64,000 bases of DNA from Hyaloraphidium curvatum SAG 235-1 (taxonomy: Eukaryota > Fungi > Monoblepharomycota). The number at the start of each line of letters is the position of its first letter. Within the stretch, counting starts at the first letter, position 1. Both the position numbers and the translations under genes were made by a program. The stretch lies in the NCBI GenBank assembly GCA_025558095.1, contig JAIVFI010000033.1, positions 372,001 to 436,000 of the forward strand. The letters run 5' to 3'. Under the pieces are notes generated by a model. That model was not told the DNA's origin and did not search any database. It saw only the letters and a program-made list of their open reading frames with translations. Of the stretch, positions 55,008 through 64,000 are shown one piece after another.

Positions 55008-57294
55008 TCAGATCCTGTTCATGTCGACGTTGCTCGGCGGCGCCACGGTGTTGGCCGGCACCGTCACGGCCTCGATCGGCTCCGCTGCGGGGGCGGGGAT
55101 CACGCCGCCGTCGTTGCTCGGCACGCTCGCGGCGTTGGCAGCGCCCTCGGCGGGGATGTCCCCGGGCTGCGAAGAAACGTCCCGATCAGCGCCCGTCGCC
55201 GCGGGTGCCTGCGCCGGGGAACCCACCGCGTGGCCGTGCAGAACGGGGTAGACCTCCTTGAACTCGCCGTACTCGTCGACCTCGCCCCGGACGATGGTGT
55301 TCATGCCCGGGAGCTTGCCCTCCGGGTTGGTCATCTCGGCGCCCTCGACCCATTTCGCGTGGCGGGCGAGGTTCGAGTGCCACACGCCTGCCGGTCCGAT
55401 GGGTCAGCCGCCTTCTCCGGAACGCCAGCGCGGCGAACGACGCACCGTAGAGGAAGTAGATCACCAGCCCGATGCCGTCCCAGACGAGCACGCGCCAGAT
55501 GACCTGGAACTGGCCGATCGACGAGACGATGAGGAGGCCCATGGTGGCGAAGGCTGGAGCGGGGCATCAGCCGCCCGCCGGAGCGCTCGAACCGGGGCAA
55601 CCCACCTCCGAGGCCGCACCAGATCCACACGAAGAAGTCGCCGAACTTGCCGTGCCCGCCGATCCTGAACGGCCTGGGCACGTTCGGGTACAGGAGGCGG
55701 TTGATGGGCAGCGCGACCGAGACGAGGAAGAAGGCCAGGAGGGTGCCGACCGACGTCAGATTGGCCAGGAAGTCGATGGGGAGGATGCCGGCGCCGATCG
55801 AGGCCAGGGCGCCGCAGATAATGGTGGGGATGATGGGGGTGCCGGTCTTTTCGTTCACCTTGGCGAAGAGCGGGGGGAGCAGGCCGTCGCGGGCCATGGA
55901 GGCAAAGATGCGGGGCTGGCCCATGATGGAGACGAGGACGACGGTGCCGAGACCGAGGAGGGCGCCAAAGTCGGTGAGGGCGGCGAGCCAGGTAAGGCCG
56001 GTCGCCTGGATGGCCAGCGAAACGGGGGCAGCGGTGTCGAGCTCGTAGTAGGGGACGAGACCGGTCATCACTGTGGCCATGGCAATGTAGAGGATGGTGG
56101 CAATAACGAGCGAGCCCATGATGCCGATGGGGAGATCGCGCTGCGGCCTGGCGGCCTCCTGCGCGACGGTCGTGACGGCGTCGAAGCCAAGGTAGGCGAA
56201 GAACACGACGACAGCTGATGTCAGCAGGAGCAATTCAGCTGTTGGAGAGCAGATCGAAGCAGGGTTGAACCCACCGCCCTTGAAGATGCCGGGCCAGCCG
56301 TACTTGTTGCCGCCCTCGTTCGGGGGGATGTAGGGGTTGTAGTTGGCGGGGTCGATCCACTTGATGCCGGAGAAGATGAAGATCAGGATGCTGTCGGGTA
56401 AGGGAGGTCAGACGGGCCGGCGGCAAAGCGCAGCCAATTAGTCCCACATGGTGACCTTGAGCACCACCGCCGCGTTGTTGAGCCACGCCGTCTCCTTGGT
56501 GCCCGCCACCAGCGCGATCGTCAGGGCGATGCAGATGGCCATCGCGGGCAGGTTCAGGATGCCGCACTGGCCGGCGTCGTTGCACTGCCGGACCATGGAG
56601 CCCTGGCTGTCCTCGCCCTCGCCCACCCAGGCGATCGGCGCCGTGACGAGGGGATAGTAGAAGCCCTGGATGGCGCCGTTGGAGGCGGCGACGAAGAAGG
56701 CCTCGAGGTAGGCGGCCCAGCCGACGGCGACGGCGGAGGCGGAGACGAGGTACTCGAGGATCAGGTCCCACCCGACGAGGAAGCCGAGCACCTCGCCGAG
56801 GGTTACGTAGACGAACGAGTAGGCCGAGCCGGAGACGGGCATCATGGAGCCGAATTCGGAGTAGACCAGGGCGGCGAAGCCCGAGATGACGCCGGCGAGG
56901 ACGTACGAGATGACTGTCGGCATGTGATTGATCAGCAGGTGTCGTGACGGGGCCGCCCATAAGACCCACTGATGGCGGGGCCGGCGTAGAGCGCGGCCGC
57001 AATGCCGGTGAGCGAAAAGATACCGGCGCCGATGATGCCGCCGACGCCGAGGAACATCAGGTCCCACACGTTGAGCTTGTTCTTGAAATGGAGCTCCTTG
57101 GCCTCGGCCATAATGACATCGACGCGCTTGCGCCTGTACCAGGCGCTGAGGAACGACTGCGGGCGCTGAATTAGCAGGGAAACGGGTCGCCGGGCGCCAA
57201 GAGGGACGCACCTGCCAGTAGTTCTCGAATGCCTGAGGCGGGTGATCCGGGCGGGAGAGGGGCCCCACGCCGACAGAGGAGCGAATTCCGCCAT
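55008..57294 (-). CDS. APC-family (cationic) amino acid permease, multi-exon
   Basis: LGVGGIIGAGIF, YAGPAI, YSEFGS..PVSGSAY, GWDLILEY, FFAYLGFDAV, GQPRIFASMARDGLLP. Confidence 0.93.
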
Positions 57295-58323
57295 GCACAA
57301 TGATACGATGGCAGCGATAGCAGCGCCGAGGCGGCAGCGGTACGAGCGAGACGGGGCAGGGAGCGAGACACAGGGAGATAACCCGCAGGGTGGCGTCGAG
57401 GGGGGGGCGAAAATTGGTCATTCGCCAGGCCAGGGGGAAGAACTCCTGGGCGCCCCGAGACAGCGGCGGCAAAATGCGGCAATGCCGAGGCGCCGTGCGG
57501 GCGCCGGAGCGCGCGGCGGGCGGGCGGGGATGCGCTGCCCTTGCGCGGGGTCCGGCGTCGCCGCCGGCACCCGCCGCCGCGTCCGCGCCCCGGGGGCGCA
57601 CAGGCAGACGGCGCGAGCACCCACCATCGCGACGGCGCCGTGCGGGGTCGAGGGGCGGGCAGGAAAAACCGCGGGGGTCCGGCGGAGGTTGCGGGAGGGG
57701 CTGCTGCCTGGTGCACCAGCCGCAGACATTCAGGCGCTCGAGAGTTTTGGCTCACCGCTCGGTCGGACGCATTCCACGAGCAGGAAATGCACTGCATGGG
57801 CCCCAAAGCCCACAGATGGACCTGTGATGTGCTCTGTGCGCTTCTACCCGGCGGATGGCTCGACGGCGAGGCTCCGGAGAATTCCCCCCATTAGCTGTCG
57901 GCAAGCCTGCCGCCCGGCCGTATCTGCGATGCGTCAAGAGTTCCCAACGGCCCCGCGCGAAATGACTCAACGCTGCGAGTCTCCGGGCCCGTTTTTCCGA
58001 CCCGAGAACCTCGCCGGCCGGGCCCGAGGGGCCTGGAGTGGGACAGAATGGACAAGTGCCTCCCGAACCTCCTAGCGGCTCTTGCTGGACCAAATACACG
58101 AGGCGCGGCGGGCCCGCGAGTCCGTCGCGATGTAGAGCAAAGGGGAATCAAATTGCTCCGCAGACGCAGCGGGCCGCCCGGCCGTCCAGTCCGACGCGGT
58201 CTGACAAGGAGCGTATCGGGACCGGAGGTTCGGCATCACAAGCTACACCGGAGCTTCGCGCTCAGCCACGCAGTGCGGCCGGGCTGAGGCTGCCAACGAG
58301 CTGTTTCGTGAGACGGGCAGCGA

Positions 58324-59389
58324 TCACGCCCCGAGCCCCATCCCCCCCATGTCCGCGATCAGCGCGGCCTCCTCCGCCGAAGGCGGCGGGTAGTACGCCA
58401 CCTCCGTCTCCGCCTCACCCAGCAGGAACCTCAGCCTCCCCACGGCCCCCGCGGAATCCGCCTGCACAGCGTGCGGCCTCCTCTTGCGCCTCGCGACGGC
58501 GTCGGCCAACAGCAAAAGGAGCTCCAACACGGTCGGCTCCAGGTCGCGGGTGCTGGTCGAGCCGCAGTGGTTGCCCTTGCCGTCCAGGGCGACGACGCGG
58601 TGCTCCGGGTTGGCGGCCTCGGTGTAGTCCCACCGGCGGAGGATGATCACGTCCAGGTCGTCGTCCACAAGCGGCATCCTCTTCACGCGGAGGATCCGCT
58701 TCACCGCGGCCTTTTCGGCCGACGTCGCGGGCGGCTGAGGGCCGAGGTCCGCGGCTTCGGAAGGCTCGTGCCGGGCGTACGGGACGGGTTCGAGGTGCGA
58801 CAAGTCCAGCGAGCGGACCACGTGGCCCTTCGCGAGGAGCTCCGCAGCCCGCAAGCGCAGGGCCTCGGCGCGCGGCCCCTCGGCAGAGCCCTGGCCCGCA
58901 AGCAAGCCGTCGTAGACGAGCTTACCGCGGAAGGGAAGCACCGTCACGGCCCCGAGCGAAGCACGCCTGCGCCTCGGCGTTCCTGCCCTTCTTCCTCAAG
59001 CGGTCAAAATGGTACCGCACGCCGAACAGCACGCCCCGATCGTCGCCCAGCCGGGCCGAGCGGTAGAAGTTGGAGTACATGAGCGCGTTCCGCGAGCGGA
59101 GGGCCAGGATCCGGTCCGTCTCCCCGCGCACCTCGTCGGTGCCGAACTCCGCGGCCGCGGCCTGCGCCACGACGGTGATTTCGCGGAAAATCGCGCGGTC
59201 CGGCTCGGGGAGCACGCCGGGAGTGCCGGGAGGGGGGCCGGCGCGGGCGGCGGCCATCGCCGCGCAATCCCGCCTGTGCTCGGCCCAGTGGGACTTCTGG
59301 CACGCGGGAGAGCAGTATGCCGCATTTTTGCACCGGGAGCAGGCCGATTTGGCGGGCCCGCCGCGCGCGGCGCACTCGACGGGGGCCAT
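58324..59389 (-). CDS. MYND zinc-finger protein, possibly disrupted
   Basis: CSRCKNAAYCSPACQKSHW..H..C; the first CxxC reads CAAR; frame change at ~58950-59015 (weak intron or deletion). Confidence 0.6.
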
Positions 59390-60180
59390 TCGGGAAAACG
59401 GTCTTTTGTCGCTGTGAGGCCATGCCATGCCCCGAGAGTCCGCTAGACATCCGCTTGTCGAAGACAGCGAACGGGCGCGCAATGATCTCTCCAGTTTCCG
59501 CGGCAGCCTGGACATAATGCACATCAATGTCTCGAGCCGCGTGATTGCCGCCGCATCCGGCCAGTCAGGTCTGGACGCCCGGCGGGTGGTCGCCGGCCCA
59601 ACCCAGCCGCGGGCCTGATCGCCAGCTCCTTAGGATCCGATTTCCATCAGGAGCCGCAAGCTGATCCATGTGACGAGCGTTTGGGAAGTATAAGGTCGTT
59701 GATCGGCGAGATGGAAGTGAGCAGGTGCGGGACGGCGGAATCGGGAATCGAGGGCGTCCTGGGCATCGCGCCGAACAATAGACACCAGCGATTGCCGGTT
59801 CCTCGAGATGGATGTTCGAAAGAAACTTGCCATCGGAGAAAGTCAGTCAATCAAGAACGAGAAAGTCAGTCAGTCAAGTCAGTCAAACGAAAAAACGAGA
59901 GACCGAACGATAAGCGTCTCCGGGCGAGAAAGAAGATGACCATTCCGAATGCGGTCCAGGGGTGATAGATGATCATTCTCCGGTGTTTATGCAATGGTAG
60001 AGATACCGGAATGGCCCGATAGGACGCGAAACGAGGGCCGACATGGGCTGGCTGGAGCCCCCGTTTTTTTTTCCTTACGGTGGCTAGGTTCCCGAGCCTG
60101 GAAGGTCCAATCGAACGACCGACGGGCCGTTCCCAGGAAACGAAGGCGCCGCCTGCGCTCCCCACGAGATCCGCGAAGCC

Positions 60181-62417
60181 ATGGTCCGCCGCACCTCCCC
60201 GGCCGCCGTCGTCGCCATCGTCGCCCTCGCGGCGCTCGCCGCCCTCCTGTGCGCCGTCGATGGCGCCGCGGCCTCCGCTGGCCGCCACCGGGCCCGCGCG
60301 CCCGAGGGCCACCAGGTCCCCAAGATCCGCCCGCGGGCGCTCGGCCGCCCCGGGGGCTCGGGCCGCCCCGGCACGCCGCCCGCCATCTTCGGCGGCACAC
60401 CCGTCACTTCGGCGGACAAGTATCGTTTCATGGCGATGCTCCTCTACGCGAGCTACGACGGCGACATTGTCATGAAGAACTTCTTTTGCGGTGCGACCCT
60501 GATCGCCCCACGTGTTGCCCTCACGGCCGGTGCGTGCGCGTAGGATTGAGGGGCCGCGGCACGCATGGGTTGACTCCGTCCGCCTCCGACAGCCCGCTGT
60601 ATCGCAGGAAGCGACTACGAAAATGTGTTGGTCCAAGTCGGCAGGCTGGACAGGAACAAGACGATCGAAGAGGAGGGCGGGTTTGAGTTCTCCGTCCTCA
60701 GCTACGAGACACACCCCGAATGGACGGACTGGATGTCGGGGGCGGACATCTACGATGCAGCACTGTTGTTTCTCTCGGAACCAATCGTCGTTGGCACCGG
60801 CAGCCCATCAGTGGTTCCCATCAATTACTCCGAGGCCGTCCCCGGAAGCGTCACCACGGTGATTGGCTTCGGCGATGCGAAGTCTAACGGCAACGGATTT
60901 TTCCTCGAACCGGCCTACGGACCACCGAGGGTGGGTTCCGCGACGTTGCTGCCCGAACCCCGGCGAACGGTCTGACCCGCCTGGCACGTTTTGCAGGTTC
61001 TGCAGGAGGCGAACTTGACCGTGATATCAACCGACGAGTGCAACTCGACCTTGATGGATCTCGGCTACTGGGAAAGCGCATTGCATCCGACCATCCTCTG
61101 CGCCGGGGACAAAGACAAAAGCCCCGACGCCTGGGACTATGGTCTCGACAGGGGCGGCCCGCTCCTGCAATACACCGCAGACGGCTCGGTTCAGCAGATC
61201 GGGATCGTGAGCGCGGTGCTCTGGGATAACCGCACCATCGGCCTGTACATGCGGCTCTCCCAACTGCGGCCGTGGATCGAGCAGAACCTCGCTTTCGCCA
61301 ACGGCTCCCTCACTCGGACGACAACGCAATCGCAGACGACCATCACCAGGACTTCAACGGCGTCTCGGACCTGGGTAAGGGTCGCGGCATGGCGTGTTCA
61401 ACCATGCCCTAACCACGGTCCCCATGCACCCCACAGGCCACGGCCACGCCGATCTCGACCGGCCGCGTGCGATACTGCGAGAGTGTTCAGAGGGACCTGC
61501 GCGTGTGGAACACTCCTCGAGAATTTTATCTTTCAGTGCCCGACCTCGGCACCTCGTCGGTGCCCGACCTCGTCAACGTCGTCGACGTCGATGTGGAGCT
61601 CTACTTCGACTCTTCCTCCCTCTCTGCAATCTATATGGATGCCTTCGTCGAGGCCAACGACGTTAGGGTCACATCTTCTCTGTTCGCTTCGCCCGACGTC
61701 AACTGCAGTCGCCCAGCAGGACTGCCGCTGATCTTTGACGACAACGCCACGCTCCCGTTCCTGGACCTACCGCTCGAGGACAGCGGCTTGACGGCCGAAG
61801 AGGCTTGCTACGGGACCCGGTACCTTCCCCGCCAATCCCTCAGCAAACTACACGGATCCCACGGCGATGCGGCTCTGTGGGGCCTGTATGTTGACATATA
61901 TGGGGGGGACATCTATTTGGACAGCGTCTGCTTCTCCTTCCTCAATTCGACCGACACGAGCCGGACCACGGTCACCAGGGTCATCACGCAAACGAGCATC
62001 TCGAGCGTCTATTCGTACATTACCGAAACCGAGACCTTCAATGCGCCCCCGGTCACGACGACGATCACGTCGGTCTCCGTCTCCAACGCGCCTCCCGTGA
62101 CGTCGACGGTCACCTCCGTCTCGGTCTCCAACGCTCCGCCGGTCACTCTCACGACGACGACCTCCCTCGCCGCCGTGACGGTCTTCAGCACGAGCACCGT
62201 GTCGGTTCCGACCACGGTCGTCAAGACGCAGACCAGCGTCGTCACGAGCGTCTCGGTGTCCTCGTTCCAGGTGCCCGTGACGACCACCAAGGTCTCGACC
62301 TCGACCAAGACAGTCGGAAAGGTTACCCTGACGCGCACGGCCACGTTGAAGACGACGAAAACCGTCAAGGTGACGTCGTTTAAGACCATCACGGTCAAGG
62401 CAAAGAGGCGGAGGTGA
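60181..62417 (+). CDS. Secreted trypsin-like pseudoprotease + P-domain-like + Thr/Ser/Val-rich tail
   Basis: Signal peptide, IFGG, FCGATLI, TAARC, DAALL, LDRGGPL; downstream VDVDVEL..FDDNA..LSKLHG..WGLYV; Thr-rich stalk. Confidence 0.75.
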
Positions 62418-62697
62418 AGGGGGAGTTCGGAAAGCTGAGGGGGGGAAAAATGGGGAGGACCGCCGGTCCAGGAAGCAAACTTTGAGAAGCCTTTGGATTT
62501 CGCAAAGATCGTAGGAACACCATGTTGTAGTCCAGCACTTTCTTAGGTAGTTGAGTCTGAGTAGTCAGCAAACCTCTCGAGAAGAGGCACCCACGTCCTC
62601 CGGCTTGCTTCCCGTACTTTCCAGCGGGCCGGCAGTCCTTTGCCCGCCGCTTTTGCCCACGATGTGCCCCGTGCCCCGACCGCCGCGACCGAGGGCT

Positions 62698-63552
62698 TCA
62701 GTGCGCCGCGCCGTGCTCCCTGAACTCCCCGCTCATCTCTATCGTCCCGTCCTCCAGCATCACCCCGCACTTGCCTCCCCCGTACTCGACCCCGCCGATC
62801 CCCGCCACGGTCCCGTCGAAACGATAGGCGGGGTGGTAGTACTTCGCCACGATCTCGGCGTCGCCCTCGACGTAGTGCGCGATCAGGCACCTCCGGAACC
62901 TGTCCGCAGTCGCGTTGCGGTACGAGCCGTGGATGAGGTTCCCGTGGAAGAGGAGCACGTCGCCCGGCGCCATGTCGAGGACGATCGCCTCCATGCCGTC
63001 GGGCACCTTAAGCGTGTCCTTGGTCCAGCTTTCCTCGGCGTCCGACGGGCCGGGACACAGCACTGGCAAGGCATGGCTCCCCGGCACCACCGCCATCGCC
63101 CCGTTCCCGGCATCGCAGGAGTCCAGCGCGAGCCATACGCCGTGGCATGTGCCCGGATCGGCTCTCAGGTATCTGTTGTCCTGGTGCAGCGCCTGGCCGC
63201 GAGCTCCAGGGGGTTTGAAATACGCCATCGTCTGCACGGCAAGGGGTTCGGCGCCGAGGATGGCGACGAGGCACGTCCGAAGGCGGGCGTCCAGCATGAA
63301 GTCCATCGCGACGGGGTCGCGGCGGTGCGGCTGGAGGAGCCGCGGGTACCGCTTGAGCGGATCGGGGTGCGAAGGGTCGGGTTTCTCCTCGGCGGAAGCG
63401 TCGCCGGTTTCGACGGCGGAGGTGAAATGGTCGCGGAGCGAAGCGGCCTCGGCCGGGGAAAACAGCCCGCGGGCGATGCAGAAGCCGTCGGCGGCGTACT
63501 GCCCGGCTAGCTGCGATAGCAGGGCCGGCGGAATGACTGCACCGGTGGCCAT
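62698..63552 (-). CDS. Phytanoyl-CoA dioxygenase (PhyH) family 2OG-Fe(II) oxygenase, intronless
   Basis: FKPPG..ALHQDN (HxD), WLALD, NG..VVPGSH, GDVLLFHGNLIHGS, RR. Confidence 0.88.
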   Translation of the reverse strand: MATGAVIPPALLSQLAGQYAADGFCIARGLFSPAEAASLRDHFTSAVETGDASAEEKPDPSHPDPLKRYPRLLQPHRRDPVAMDFMLDARLRTCLVAILGAEPLAVQTMAYFKPPGARGQALHQDNRYLRADPGTCHGVWLALDSCDAGNGAMAVVPGSHALPVLCPGPSDAEESWTKDTLKVPDGMEAIVLDMAPGDVLLFHGNLIHGSYRNATADRFRRCLIAHYVEGDAEIVAKYYHPAYRFDGTVAGIGGVEYGGGKCGVMLEDGTIEMSGEFREHGAAH

Positions 63553-63664
63553 TGTTTGGACGGAGTGGTACGGTATCTGGGTAGGTAGGGCGCAGAATCT
63601 GAAGGGATTTTGTCTCCCGCCAACATGCACACTCTTCATCTCCTGCCTTTCTTCGGATTGCAGA

Positions 63665-64000
63665 TTAGGGACGTTGAGTGAAGGAAGCAATTTTGGAGGG
63701 CGCGATGGCGGGGGAAAGCTCCGGCGACGCGTTTCCCGCCGTCTCCACCTCGCTTCCGGACGCGGTCTTCTCGCCTCCCGAGTGGCTGGCCCTCTTCCCT
63801 TCCGCACTACCGCCGCCGACCCGGATCTCGTCTCCCAGCTGGCGCTTGACTCCAGCAAACGATCCAGCAGCGGACCTGCGCGAGGCGCGGCCCCTGACCG
63901 CCGCGGCCATGCTGGGGGCTTTCGCACCGTATGCGGGTCTGCACGCCGTCGTCAAGTGGTTCTTTCTCCTTCTTCCGGTCACTTCGCACCGGGCGCCGTG
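63665..64000 (-). CDS. 3' end of an unidentified gene (partial)
   Basis: Minus-strand coding-like exons running off the window edge, with a stop at 63665. Confidence 0.3.
   Translation of the reverse strand, partial: HGARCEVTGRRRKNHLTTACRPAYGAKAPSMAAAVRGRASRRSAAGSFAGVKRQLGDEIRVGGGSAEGKRASHSGGEKTASGSEVETAGNASPELSPAIAPSKIASFTQRP

Noticed and set aside
59842-59886. (AGTC)n-like intergenic repeats
   Set aside because: Simple low-complexity sequence with no supportable function.

Overview
GC-rich, gene-dense eukaryotic DNA with short (~50-60 nt) introns and very short intergenic regions. Gene content and style suggest an early-diverging (chytrid-like) fungus; this is inference. 1-9 kb: housekeeping genes (eIF3a-like 3' end, DOA1/PLAA, CSN1, Tra2-like RRM, NUG1/GNL3). 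9-21.5 kb: a nested transposon island containing two LINE families, three copies of an 88-bp TG..CA element with 5-bp TSDs, a probable Gypsy-type solo LTR, and a ~4.9-kb element with Helitron2/Helentron (DINE/HINE)-type ends carrying a mosaic of gene fragments. 21.8-64 kb: conserved genes (XRCC3-like, PMS1/PMS2, VPS55, THG1 with an apparent CUG start, APC permease, GH27, desaturase) interleaved with accessory genes. The accessory genes are two Crinkler-type PD-(D/E)xK-nuclease+kinase genes, a three-copy family of N-myristoyl/PIP-box/F-box/Cys-rich/LRR proteins, intronless bacterial-like enzymes (fluoroacetate dehalogenase-like, quinone reductase, GT-A, PhyH), and an active plus a catalytically dead secreted trypsin. 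No rRNA, tRNA or CRISPR array was recognised. Exon boundaries were read by eye and are approximate.
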